From Alphaproteobacteria bacterium (GTDB lineage: Bacteria; Pseudomonadota; Alphaproteobacteria; VGEJ01), in assembly GCA_965248765.1 (NCBI GenBank), contig CBDFKF010000003.1:653777-717776 (forward strand): a stretch of 64,000 nucleotides of DNA. The letters are read 5' to 3'. This document shows positions 41,655 to 51,419 of this stretch, in pieces (the stretch's first letter is position 1; each line of letters starts with the position of its first letter). Position numbers and translations under genes: made by a program. The notes under the pieces are model-generated. The model saw only the letters and a program-made list of their open reading frames with translations. It did not search any database and had not been told where the DNA came from.

Positions 41655-42827
41655 ATGCAACGCAGCGACCAGCGCATTCTGACCAGCCATGTCGGCAGCC
41701 TTATCCGCAGCCCCAAGCTCGCAAAGGCTCTGATCGAGAGAGAGCAGGGCTTGGGCGGCGACGGTGCTTCGCTAACGAAGGCGGTGGCAAGCGATATGGA
41801 CCACGTCGTCGCGAAGCAGGCGGAGACCGGTGTCGATGTTCCCAACGACGGTGAGTTGCCGCGGATCGGCTTCTCGACCTACGTCCAGAACCGGATGTCG
41901 GGGTTCGGCGGAGAATCGCCGCGCAATCAGCTTGTCGACTTCACCACCTACCCCGATTTCCAGGAAATCTGGCTGCACCGCTACCACACCACGTCCCAGG
42001 ACAGCGCCAAGCTGTGGAATGCACCGCAGGCGGTCGCCGATCTTCACTACGACGACGAAATGAGCGAAGTGAAGGCTGAGTGCGACGCCTTCGCAGGCGC
42101 GCTCGAACGCCAGCCACACAAGTTTGCTGAGTCCTTCATGACTGCCGTCTCGCCGGGCAACCTCACGTGCACGCTGCTGAACGCGTATTACCCCAACGAA
42201 GAGGACTACCTCATGGCGGCGGCACGCGAGTTGAAGAAGGAGTACGACTACATCCACAGTCGCGGCTTCCTGCTTCAGGTGGACGCGCCGGATCTCGCCC
42301 TCGAGCGTCAGCTCTACTTCCAAAAGCGCCCGATGGAGGACTTCCTCGAAGGGGTCAAGCGCCAGATCGCCGCGATCAACCACGCCGTGTCCGATATCCC
42401 GCCCGAGCGCGTGCGGCTGCACCTGTGCTGGGGAAATTACGAAGGGCCGCATGACGGCGACGTGGCGATGGAGGATATCCTGCCGCTGATCTACGAGGCC
42501 AATGTCGGGGCGGTGAGCATCCCCTTCGCCAACCCCCGCCACCAGCACGAGTACAAGGCGATAAAGAAGTACCCGCTGCCCGATGGCATGATCCTGATTC
42601 CGGGCGTGATCGACGTGACGACCAACTACCTCGAACACCCGGAGGTCGTGGCGAACCGCATTTGCGAGGCAGTCGAGGCCATGGGCGACAAGACACGCGT
42701 CATTGCCGGAACCGACTGCGGCTTCTCCACGTTCACCGATTACACGATGGTGTCGGAGCAGGTGTGCTGGGCCAAGTTCGCAGCGCTGCGCGAGGGCGCG
42801 GAGATCGCGACCAAACGCCTTTGGTAG
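41655..42827 (+). CDS. cobalamin-independent methionine synthase (MetE) C-terminal-domain-like protein, putative zinc-dependent methyltransferase fold
   Basis: 390 aa. RLHLCWGNYEG (His-x-Cys) and GTDCGFSTF (Cys) correspond to MetE/UROD-fold zinc ligand positions. The assignment is by recollection of the family. Confidence 0.6.
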   Translation: MQRSDQRILTSHVGSLIRSPKLAKALIEREQGLGGDGASLTKAVASDMDHVVAKQAETGVDVPNDGELPRIGFSTYVQNRMSGFGGESPRNQLVDFTTYPDFQEIWLHRYHTTSQDSAKLWNAPQAVADLHYDDEMSEVKAECDAFAGALERQPHKFAESFMTAVSPGNLTCTLLNAYYPNEEDYLMAAARELKKEYDYIHSRGFLLQVDAPDLALERQLYFQKRPMEDFLEGVKRQIAAINHAVSDIPPERVRLHLCWGNYEGPHDGDVAMEDILPLIYEANVGAVSIPFANPRHQHEYKAIKKYPLPDGMILIPGVIDVTTNYLEHPEVVANRICEAVEAMGDKTRVIAGTDCGFSTFTDYTMVSEQVCWAKFAALREGAEIATKRLW

Positions 42828-42911
42828 TGAGCGGCTTGTAGGCCACGGCCGGCGGCCCAAGGGCCGGCTGTGGCCGTTTTCTCCTGGCTTCGCGCTAGCG
42901 GGACGACGCGG

Positions 42912-44849
42912 TCATGCGGCGTCGGCGGCGAATTCCTCCATGCCGAGCCCGTTGAGGGTACCGGCTGTCGGCGTGCCCGTGTCTTTGTTCCAACCCTGGT
43001 AGCGGTAGTACTCATCGAGCATGGCCGGGAGATACGGCTCGATGCCCTCCTTTTCGGCCGGGCCGGTCTTGGTGATCTCCAAGAACCGGGGCGAGATATC
43101 GAGCTCGTCCTCGCGCTTGAAACCACGCCGGGCGTAGACCAAGCGCATCAAGTTGGCGACGCGCGCCCCGACCTCGAAGGCCTCCTTCTCGTCGAAGTCC
43201 TCCCAGCCGATGGTGTGGCGAAGGCTGTGGGTCGTGAACTTAATGGCACTCGGCACGCCCATGACGCCGAAGGAGCAGATGCCGAGTGTGTCCCAGAACC
43301 ATTTCATGAGCTGGGTGCGGTAGACACCCTCGACCTTGTCGACGGCCTCATCGAGGTTGCCCGCGATGCCCGGGGTGACCTTATCGTAGCCGAGGTCGCG
43401 CCGCAGGAACGTATCGGTTCCCCTCCCCTGGGTGGAGGCTCCGTAGCCGGACGTTATCTCGCAGAACCAGGCGCTCCACGCCGCGCGGTGGTCGTGCATG
43501 ACCGCGCCGCCGCCCTTCATATCGAGGATCTTGTTGCGGAGCTGTTCGGTGATGCCCTTCTCGGCGCCGACATTCTCGACCCACTTCTTGGGGCCGTCGA
43601 CGAACTTGGCACCGAAGCCCTCGCGGGCGACGGCCTGGTTGATCACCTCCATCGCCGATTCCCAGTTGCCCCAGGTGAAGTCGAGGCCGCCGGTATCCTG
43701 CTGGTTGAGGAGGCCTTCGCTATAGGCCTCGAAGGTGGCGCCCAGCATCGGGGCGAACTGGCCCATTTCGATGCCTAGGGAGTCGTACACATCGTTCATG
43801 ATGACGACGGCCATGGGGTCATCGACACCCATGATCGAGCCTGAGCCCTCAAGCGGCTCGCCGCCGCCACACTTGCTGCCGGTGAACCCTTTGTAGGGTC
43901 CATCCGTGATCTCCACGTCGTACGCGCACGAGATCTTGCAGTTGTACGAGGGCTGGGGCGTGATCTTCCACTTCGCGCAGGCCTCGACGTACTTGTTGGC
44001 GAACTCAACGCCCCAATCGGGGTCGGTCATGTTCTTGCCGATCACCCGCTTGTGCGCGCCGAAGGTCTGGTGGTAGTGGCGGGTGTTGCCTGCGTCCTGC
44101 ATCGCCTCGGCGACGGTGCGGTCAGCAGGGTTCTCGCTGCCGGGGAAGAGCTCCTTCTCCCAGTCGGTTGCGTTTTCGACCATCTTCGGCGGGTCGAACA
44201 GCGGCACCTTGCCGGTGCCCCGCACCGCGATAGCCTTGAGGTTTTTGGCCCCCATCGAGCTTCCCAGACTGCCTTTCCCGGCACCGTGGTTGCGGTCGTT
44301 CTTGATCATCGCTCCGGCGATGAGCGCCTCGCCGGCGGGACCGATGCAGGCGACGCTGATCTCCTTGTCGTCGCCGAGCTCGATCTTGATGCGGCGCTCG
44401 GTCTCGCGGGTGTCCTGGCCCCACACCTGGCCGGCGTCGCGAAACTCCACGTTGTCGTCGTCGATCCACAGATAGGTGGGTTTCGAGGCCTTGCCGGTGA
44501 AGATAATGCCCTGGTGCCCGGCGTGCTTGAGGCGGGCGGCCCAGAAGCCGTGGGTATGGCCCACAGCCGCCGAGTATGGCGTGATCTGGTGGTAGCCGAC
44601 GATGGTGACGTCGGAGGAGTTGACGGCGGGAGTCCCCGTCAGGGGACCGTTCATGAAGATGAGCGGCACATCCGGATCAGTGGACTTGCCCAGCGGCGGC
44701 GCCTCACGCAGCAGATACCACAGGCCCAGGCCAATGCCGCCGACATACTTGCGCAGTATCTCTTCGTCGGGGAGCGGTTCCCGAGTGACGGTCTCGTTGG
44801 TGAGATCCACACGCAAGATGTGCGGGCAGTATCCTCCGCGAATGGCCAT
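42912..44849 (-). CDS. aldehyde:ferredoxin oxidoreductase (AOR) family tungsten/molybdenum-pterin enzyme
   Basis: 645 aa. N-terminal ILRVDLTNE...YVGGIGLGLWYL, typical of the AOR N-domain. Two pterin-binding D-x-x-G-x-(D/E/C) motifs: YDSLGIE and DTLGIC, the Cys of the second being a 4Fe-4S ligand position. NCKISC Cys pair. Confidence 0.7.
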   Translation of the reverse strand: MAIRGGYCPHILRVDLTNETVTREPLPDEEILRKYVGGIGLGLWYLLREAPPLGKSTDPDVPLIFMNGPLTGTPAVNSSDVTIVGYHQITPYSAAVGHTHGFWAARLKHAGHQGIIFTGKASKPTYLWIDDDNVEFRDAGQVWGQDTRETERRIKIELGDDKEISVACIGPAGEALIAGAMIKNDRNHGAGKGSLGSSMGAKNLKAIAVRGTGKVPLFDPPKMVENATDWEKELFPGSENPADRTVAEAMQDAGNTRHYHQTFGAHKRVIGKNMTDPDWGVEFANKYVEACAKWKITPQPSYNCKISCAYDVEITDGPYKGFTGSKCGGGEPLEGSGSIMGVDDPMAVVIMNDVYDSLGIEMGQFAPMLGATFEAYSEGLLNQQDTGGLDFTWGNWESAMEVINQAVAREGFGAKFVDGPKKWVENVGAEKGITEQLRNKILDMKGGGAVMHDHRAAWSAWFCEITSGYGASTQGRGTDTFLRRDLGYDKVTPGIAGNLDEAVDKVEGVYRTQLMKWFWDTLGICSFGVMGVPSAIKFTTHSLRHTIGWEDFDEKEAFEVGARVANLMRLVYARRGFKREDELDISPRFLEITKTGPAEKEGIEPYLPAMLDEYYRYQGWNKDTGTPTAGTLNGLGMEEFAADAA

Positions 44850-44905
44850 GGTTTTCCTCCCATCTCACAGCTGCCACCAGCAGCATCGATAATTCGGTGA
44901 ATTAA

Positions 44906-45287
44906 CCTAGCCGAGGACCATCCGGCAGTCCAATCCACAGGAGAGCGGGGGGCAGCGCGGTCCGTAACCAGGGAATGCCGGAGACATAGGCGGGGACGTA
45001 GAGCACTCTCGCGGCGAGGAAGACCTGCGCGCCAATCGCAGTCTAGATATCGGCTCGCCCTGTCACCTGGGCCATGAGTACCACGGCAGCGAACAACGGC
45101 AAGCTCTCCAGCAAATTCTTGTGGGCGCGCTCTAAACGGCCTGCGGTTACGGCGAGCGGATCGGTGTATCACGCGGGCCCACCGACCACGGGTTCCCGGT
45201 TTGGCGTTTGGCGAACGTGGTCACGAGGCCGGTCTTCGCGAGCGCCAGCAAGACCGTTCCGAACAGCATCCAAAGATCGATCGTCAT
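44906..45287 (-). pseudogene. MAPEG-family membrane protein gene with a frameshift and an internal stop
   Basis: N-terminus MTIDLWMLFGTVLLALAKTGLVTTFAKRQ (in ORF 45147..45410). Continues in another frame as RLERAHKNLLESLPLFAAVVLMAQVTGRADI, then stop, then AQVFLAARVLYVPAYVSGIPWLRTALPPALLWIGL. The R.H.N..E..P.F and ARV.Y motifs are typical of MAPEG. Confidence 0.55.
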
Positions 45288-45388
45288 CGTCGCCTCCCAG
45301 CGCTGGCTCGCTCCGCCGCCCCGCGACCTCGCGGCGACATCGCCCTCGCCTCCGACGGCACTGCGGCCAGCCGGCGCCGGGCCGAGCG

Positions 45389-45895
45389 CTACTTTTGGAT
45401 CACTCCGCAAGCGATGCGCGGCCCAACTCCCGGGTTCTCGCCGCGGGTGTCAGGCTTGTCATGAATGATGATGGCTGAGCCATCGCCGTCGAAGACACCG
45501 TCCATACCATCGCCAAGCGTCACGTTGGCATTCAGCACTTCCGCCTTCACTCGACCGTCGGCCGCGGCGTGGATATTCGGCATATCGCCGGCATGACGAC
45601 CTTTTGGGTTCTTGATGCCGTGGGCCTTGTCCGTGGGGTCGAAGTGCCCTCCGGCAGCCTTGAAGTCCGGCGTACAAGCGCCTCTTTCGTGGATGTGAAA
45701 TCCGTGGCCGCCCGGCGGTAGCCCCCGCAAATCGACCAGCACAAAGACGCCGGCGGGCGTCTCGGTCAGCGTCACGGTGCCGAGACCCTCGCCATCCGCG
45801 TTCTTCATCTCCGCCATCGCCTCCGCGGCGATGGCACCCGTCGATCCGAACGCCGAGATGGCGAGCGCCAGAATCGCGATTCGCAACGACAACAT
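45389..45895 (-). CDS. sodC: periplasmic Cu/Zn superoxide dismutase
   Basis: Signal peptide MLSLRIAILALAISAFG. Metal-ligand motifs GFHIHERGAC, GGHFDP, GDMPN, IIHDKPD and the disulfide Cys near the C-terminus. Confidence 0.85.
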   Translation of the reverse strand: MLSLRIAILALAISAFGSTGAIAAEAMAEMKNADGEGLGTVTLTETPAGVFVLVDLRGLPPGGHGFHIHERGACTPDFKAAGGHFDPTDKAHGIKNPKGRHAGDMPNIHAAADGRVKAEVLNANVTLGDGMDGVFDGDGSAIIIHDKPDTRGENPGVGPRIACGVIQK

Positions 45896-45963
45896 CCTAT
45901 CTCCCGTCGTCACTGTTCCTGCCGGCTGTTTTGTTGTCATGCTGTGTCCCTACTCGAGTGCGC

Positions 45964-46977
45964 TCAGGCCGTGACGACGATCTTGCCTCTCTGCTGGTTC
46001 GATTCCATGTGGCGATGCGCTTCGGCGATCCGGTTGAGCGGGAAGGCGCTGTCGATGATGACCTTGAGCGCGCCGGAGCTGACCTTGTCCCGGATATAGG
46101 CAAAGCCGGCGGCACGCCGATCGGGCATGCGCATCGTGTCGAACACGCTATGGCATTTGAAGTGAAGACGCTTGCTCAGGATCGGAAAGTCGACCGGGCC
46201 GGTGTCAAGGTTGCCGTAATTGATGATCTTGCCACCGGGCTGGGCAGCGGCGATCAGATCGTTACAGAACTTCCCGCCGATCGGATCGTAGCAGACGGTG
46301 AAGCCGCGCCCACCGGTGAAGGTCATGACTTGCTCAGCCAAGTCCTCCTCGTCGGTCACCACCACGCAATCGGCGCCAGCCTCGCGCAGGAAATCGCGCT
46401 TGGCCGCGGTGCGGGTTTGGCCGATCACCGTGGCGCCTTCCGCCTTGGCGATCTGCAGCGCGCCGCCCGCAGTGCTGCTCGATCCCGCCGTGACCAACAC
46501 GATGTCGTTGCTGGTGACGCCAGCGAAGTCGACAAGCCCGCCCCATGCGGTGAGATATTGGCACCAGATCGCCGCGCCCTCCTCGGCGCTGAGGTTGGCG
46601 GGGTTGTGGGCGACGGTGTCGGCGGGGACGATCGCACTCTCGCCGTAGACGCCGTATTTCACGAGCGATTCTTGAGTCCAGTTGCCCCACTTATCCCACG
46701 TCAGGAACGGCACCGCGCTAACGAAATCGCCGATCGAGAAGCCACTCACTCCGGCGCCGATCGCATCGATCGTGCCGCTCGCCTCGAGGCCGATGCGCGA
46801 GGGGAGGACCGGGTCGGCGGCATAGCGCCCCTCGCGGAGCATGATTTCGGCGCGGTTGAGCCCTATCGCTTGGACCTTGAGGCGGACCTGGCCCTCGCCC
46901 GGCTCGACCAGCGGCTCGTCGAATAGCCGGAGAACCTCCGGCGCACCCGTCTCCTCGAAGCGCACGATCTTGACCAT
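45964..46977 (-). CDS. zinc-independent MDR-family NAD(P)H quinone oxidoreductase-like dehydrogenase (start at internal Met MVKIVRFEETG of ORF 45964..47538)
   Basis: 337 aa with Qor-like N-terminal GroES-like and Rossmann domains (VLVTAGSSSTAGGALQIAK). The upstream 187 codons of the ORF are GC-rich read-through. Confidence 0.75.
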   Translation of the reverse strand: MVKIVRFEETGAPEVLRLFDEPLVEPGEGQVRLKVQAIGLNRAEIMLREGRYAADPVLPSRIGLEASGTIDAIGAGVSGFSIGDFVSAVPFLTWDKWGNWTQESLVKYGVYGESAIVPADTVAHNPANLSAEEGAAIWCQYLTAWGGLVDFAGVTSNDIVLVTAGSSSTAGGALQIAKAEGATVIGQTRTAAKRDFLREAGADCVVVTDEEDLAEQVMTFTGGRGFTVCYDPIGGKFCNDLIAAAQPGGKIINYGNLDTGPVDFPILSKRLHFKCHSVFDTMRMPDRRAAGFAYIRDKVSSGALKVIIDSAFPLNRIAEAHRHMESNQQRGKIVVTA

Positions 46978-47251
46978 CTCTCCCTCCGATTGCTTGGTCG
47001 TCACGCAGCCTCGGCGAGCCGCCCGACCGGAACGAGGGCCCTGGCGACTCGGGGATCCGTGACCCGATGACCATAACGCAAGCGCTCGGTCATGGCCGCT
47101 GGTACCGTCGACCACAATCACGCCGACCGCAAATCCGCGGGTAGTCTCGCCTCGCAGGGCACGATCTTGGATCGTAGACAATTGGCACCATCGATGGTTG
47201 CCTGTCGGCGAGCAGCTGATGGGTTGTACAGGGCGAGTTGGGGAGGCCTGA

Positions 47252-48808
47252 ATGCGAATCGGCATCGATGTCGGCGGCACCAACACCGATGCAGCGTTGA
47301 TGGACGGCCTCAAGGTCCTCGCGTCCCACAAGACCCCGACTACCGCCGATGTCAGCACCGGCATCACGCACGCCCTGGAAGCGGTGTTGCGCGACTCCGC
47401 AGCGACGGCCGCCGCCATCGAGGCGGTGATGATCGGCACCACGCACTTCACCAACGCCTTCGTCGAGCGCAAGCGGCTGTTGCCGGTGGGCGCGATCCGG
47501 TTGGCGCTGCCGGCAGCGAGCGGATTGCCGCCACTCACCGACTGGCCGACCGATCTCGCTGATGCCGTGCGCGGTCATATCGCTATGGTCGAAGGCGGCA
47601 ACGAGTACGACGGCGCCGAGATCTCGCCTCTGGACGAGGGCGCGGTACGCACCGCCGCCGAAGACATGCGCACCGAGGGCATCCGGACCGTCGCGGTCTC
47701 TTCGATCTTCTCTCCGGTCAATGCGGGGATGGAGCAGCGCGCGGGCGAGATCGTCCGCGAGGTGCTGCCCGAGGCTGCGGTTTCGCTGTCCAACGAGATC
47801 GGCCGCATCGGCCTGTTGGAGCGCGAGAACGCGGCGATCATGAACGCGAGCCTTGCCGAGCTGGCCGAGCGCGTCGTCAGCTCGTTCCGCGAGGCGCTTG
47901 CCGGGCTTGGTATCGAGGCGCCGTTCTACATCAGTCAAAACGATGGCACGCTGATGAGCGCGGCCTTCGTCGAGCGCTATCCGGTGCTGACCTTTGCTTC
48001 GGGCCCCACCAACTCGATGCGCGGTGCCGCCTTCCTCGCTGGCGCCAAGGACGCGATGGTCGTCGATATCGGCGGCACCACAACCGATGTCGGGATGCTG
48101 ATCAACGGCTTCCCGCGCGAATCGGCGGTCGCGGTGGATATCGGCGGTGTGCGCACCAACTTCCGCATGCCCGACGTGCTGGCGATCGGCCTCGGCGGCG
48201 GCAGCCGGGTGCGCCAGAACGGCGCGCTCACGGTGGGCCCGGACTCGGTGGGCTACGAGCTGACTAAGGAGGCGCTCGTGTTCGGCGGTTCTACAATCAC
48301 CGCGACCGACATCGCCGTTGCGGCGGGTAATGCGGAGATTGGCGAGCGGGCGCGTGTCAGCAATCTGGGCGAGGATCTCGTCGAGCAAGCGGCCGCGATG
48401 ATCCACGACATGCTGGACGAGGCAGTCGACCGGATGAAGACCGCCGCTGGTGACCTGCCGGTGGTGCTCGTCGGCGGCGGCGCGATCCTGATCTCGCGCG
48501 ACATCAAGGGCGCCTCGGAGGTGATCGTTCCTGACCATGCCGGTGTGGCCAACGCGATTGGGGCTGCCATCGCTCAGGCCGGAGGCGAGGTCGACAAGGT
48601 CTACGCCTACGATCAGCTCGGCCGTGAAGGCGCTATCGCGGCAGCTCGTGAGGAAGCGAGCGAGCGCGCCGTCGAAGCGGGCGCCGATCCGGCCACCGTC
48701 GACATCGTGGACATAGAGGAGGTGCCGCTCGCCTATATGCCCGGCGGTTCGTGCCGTGTCCGGGTCAAGGCCGTGGGCGACCTCAGGTACCGCGGGATCG
48801 CGACGTGA
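47252..48808 (+). CDS. short (518 aa) hydantoinase/oxoprolinase-A-like ASKHA ATPase
   Basis: MRIGIDVGGTNTDAALM... and second half VDIGGTTTDVGML. Lacks about 170 aa relative to the full-length HyuA proteins of this window. Confidence 0.8.
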   Translation: MRIGIDVGGTNTDAALMDGLKVLASHKTPTTADVSTGITHALEAVLRDSAATAAAIEAVMIGTTHFTNAFVERKRLLPVGAIRLALPAASGLPPLTDWPTDLADAVRGHIAMVEGGNEYDGAEISPLDEGAVRTAAEDMRTEGIRTVAVSSIFSPVNAGMEQRAGEIVREVLPEAAVSLSNEIGRIGLLERENAAIMNASLAELAERVVSSFREALAGLGIEAPFYISQNDGTLMSAAFVERYPVLTFASGPTNSMRGAAFLAGAKDAMVVDIGGTTTDVGMLINGFPRESAVAVDIGGVRTNFRMPDVLAIGLGGGSRVRQNGALTVGPDSVGYELTKEALVFGGSTITATDIAVAAGNAEIGERARVSNLGEDLVEQAAAMIHDMLDEAVDRMKTAAGDLPVVLVGGGAILISRDIKGASEVIVPDHAGVANAIGAAIAQAGGEVDKVYAYDQLGREGAIAAAREEASERAVEAGADPATVDIVDIEEVPLAYMPGGSCRVRVKAVGDLRYRGIAT

Positions 48809-49893
48809 GGATCGGCCTCGAAGATCTGGAGGACTTTGCGCGCGGGGCAGCCTTCCTCGGCACCGGCGGTGGCGGCGATCCCTATATCGGACGGCTGACG
48901 GTGGAAAACGTGCTTCGAGCCGGACGCGACGTGGAGATAATTGACGCCGATGCCGTCCCCGACGATGCGCTCGTGATCCCCACCTGCATGATGGGAGCGC
49001 CGACCGTGTTCATCGAAAAGCTCCTGCGTGGCGACGAGACCAGCCGCGCTCTGCGCCGCCTCGAGGAACATCTGGGCCGGAAAGCGTTCGCCACCATGCC
49101 GATCGAGGCCGGCGGCCTCAATTCCACGATCCCGCTGGTCGTTGGCGCCCAGCTTGGTCTCCCGGTCGTCGATGCCGATGGCATGGGCCGCGCCTTCCCG
49201 GAGCTGCAGATGGTGACCTTCAGCGTCTACGGCATCCCGTGCTCGCCGCTGACCATCATCGACGAGCATGGCGAGTGCGTGATCGTCGAGGCGCGCAACA
49301 ACCACGCCTCCGAGTGGCTGGCGCGGGTGGTTTGCACGCGCATGGGCGGCGCCGCCCACGTCGCGCTCTATCCCATGAGTGGCGCTGACCTCAAACGCGC
49401 CGGCATTCGCGGCACCATGTCAGTGGCGCTCGAGATCGGCCGTGCGATCCGCCGCGCCCGCGAACAGGCGAACGATGTCTTCAATGCGCTGATCGAGTGC
49501 CTACGCGGCACTGATGGCTACGACTTCGCCAAGGTGATCTTCGACGGCAAGGTCGTCGATTTGCGGCGCGAGACGACGCGCGGCTGGGCCATCGGCTACG
49601 CGACCATCGAGGGCTTTGGTGAGTTCTCGGGCAATATGGAGATCACTTTTCGCAATGAGCACCTGATGGCCCGCCACGACGGGGTGGTTAAGGCGATCGT
49701 GCCGGATCTGATCTGCATCCTCGATCGCGAGACCGCCGAGCCCATCACCACCGAGGGGCTGCGCTATGGCCAGCGGGTGAAGGTGATGGGAGTGCGTGTG
49801 CCCGACATCATGCGCACGCGCGAGGCGATCGCGATTTTCGGGCCGGCGGGCTTTCAAATCGACGAGCCGTTCCGCCCTGTCGAGGAGCTCTGA
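48805..49893 (+). CDS. DUF917-family protein (partner of short HyuA-like proteins); GTG start overlapping the upstream stop
   Basis: About 362 aa, [31 protein letters not shown]... Assigned to DUF917 by recollection of the conserved HyuA-like/DUF917 gene pair. Confidence 0.55.
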   Translation: MRIGLEDLEDFARGAAFLGTGGGGDPYIGRLTVENVLRAGRDVEIIDADAVPDDALVIPTCMMGAPTVFIEKLLRGDETSRALRRLEEHLGRKAFATMPIEAGGLNSTIPLVVGAQLGLPVVDADGMGRAFPELQMVTFSVYGIPCSPLTIIDEHGECVIVEARNNHASEWLARVVCTRMGGAAHVALYPMSGADLKRAGIRGTMSVALEIGRAIRRAREQANDVFNALIECLRGTDGYDFAKVIFDGKVVDLRRETTRGWAIGYATIEGFGEFSGNMEITFRNEHLMARHDGVVKAIVPDLICILDRETAEPITTEGLRYGQRVKVMGVRVPDIMRTREAIAIFGPAGFQIDEPFRPVEEL

Positions 49894-49922
49894 GCCCGCA
49901 GCCCCCAGGTCATTGAGAAGAT

Positions 49923-49999
<77 letters not shown>

Positions 50000-50135
50000 G
50001 CGTGCCGACCATAGCAAAGGCTTCTGTCGGCTCGCAATTGGGACGACGGCGCATCCGATCGCGCGGCTCTCGCCGGAGGCCCTGGTCGCTGCCGATGTTG
50101 GTTGGCCGCGGCCGGCTGGTGGCCGGCGAGCCGCA

Positions 50136-51419
50136 CTACGAGATGTACACCGCGCTATCCCCAGCGGCCCGAATGTGCCCGGCCTTTACCGCATCCACCG
50201 TAACAGCCAGATCATTCAGGAACTCCTCGGCGACCGCGCCATGCGTATGATTGAGTAGCAATAACAACGCGGGCGGACGGCGCATCCGGCCCATGCGCCA
50301 GCCCTTGGCAAGCAAACCTTCCGCGACCGCGTTGATGTCCAGCTGCCCGGTGGATCCGATCGAGAAGTGACCGCCCTGCGGATCGCCGAGCACGCAAATT
50401 TCTTCGATCCCGCGGATGCCTTCGATGAACCGGCGCTTCGCTTTCAAGATCGCCCTGACGCGCTCGGCGTAGCCGTCAAACCCCAGATAGCGCATGACAG
50501 CCCAGGCCGACGCCACCGGACCGCCCGCGCGCGAGCCGACAAAGTTGAGCGTCGAGTACGCGCCGCCCGACCACGCATCGTGGTTGAACCGCTGATAGCG
50601 TTCGAGCGCGGCATCGCGCAACAGCAACGACGACGAGCCGCGATTGGCGTACCCGTACTTGTGCAGATCGACCGACATCGAGTTGACCGCGTCCACCCTG
50701 AAATCGAAGCATGGCACCGGCTCGCCCAGCGCCTCCACAAACGGCAGAAAGAAACCGCCGCCGCACGCATCGACGTGCATCCACAGGTCGTGCTCGGCGG
50801 CGATGGCGCCGAGCACCTCGATCGGATCCACCACCCCAATCGGGTAGGGCGGCGCGGAGCCCATGATCATCACCGTGTTCTCGTTGACGGCGGCCGCCAT
50901 CGCTGCGGGATCAGCCGCGTAGTCCGGTCCGACGGGGATGCGAACGACCTCGAGTCCAAGATGAGCCGCCGCCTTGCTGAACGCCGGGTGCGCCGATTCA
51001 GCGGCGAGTATTTCGGGCGCGGCGGCGCCGGGCTTGTGCTCTCTCGCCCAATCCCGCGCGGTTTTTACCGCCATCGTGATGCTTTCGGTGCCCCCGGTGG
51101 TAATGCTGCCGCCGGCCCCGGCCGGCGCGTTCAACATCTCCTTCACCATCGTCACGACCTCCGCTTCGAGGCGGGGCAGACTGGGGTAGAACGCAGGCCC
51201 GTAGATCTGATTGTCCCCCATGTAGAGGTTGTAGGCGTCGGCCGCGACGCTCACCACGTCATCGCCGGCGAAGTAGGAGGCCTGCAAGTTCTTCGGGTCG
51301 CGCCAATCGAGATCGCCTTTGCGCCCCGACACGAGCAGGTCTTGGATGTGCGAACGCGAGAGGCCCTCGCGGGCGAAGTGACGGTTGCTGATCTTGGCTT
51401 CGGACATGACTGGCTCCAT
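50136..51419 (-). CDS. PLP-dependent group-II decarboxylase (sphingosine-1-phosphate-lyase / glutamate-decarboxylase family)
   Basis: Starts at internal Met (MEPVMSEAKI) whose ATG overlaps the hyuB stop by 1 nt (TGATG). PLP-lysine motif SMSVDLHKYGYANRGSSSLLL resembles the S1P-lyase family DTHKYG. Confidence 0.75.
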   Translation of the reverse strand: MEPVMSEAKISNRHFAREGLSRSHIQDLLVSGRKGDLDWRDPKNLQASYFAGDDVVSVAADAYNLYMGDNQIYGPAFYPSLPRLEAEVVTMVKEMLNAPAGAGGSITTGGTESITMAVKTARDWAREHKPGAAAPEILAAESAHPAFSKAAAHLGLEVVRIPVGPDYAADPAAMAAAVNENTVMIMGSAPPYPIGVVDPIEVLGAIAAEHDLWMHVDACGGGFFLPFVEALGEPVPCFDFRVDAVNSMSVDLHKYGYANRGSSSLLLRDAALERYQRFNHDAWSGGAYSTLNFVGSRAGGPVASAWAVMRYLGFDGYAERVRAILKAKRRFIEGIRGIEEICVLGDPQGGHFSIGSTGQLDINAVAEGLLAKGWRMGRMRRPPALLLLLNHTHGAVAEEFLNDLAVTVDAVKAGHIRAAGDSAVYIS

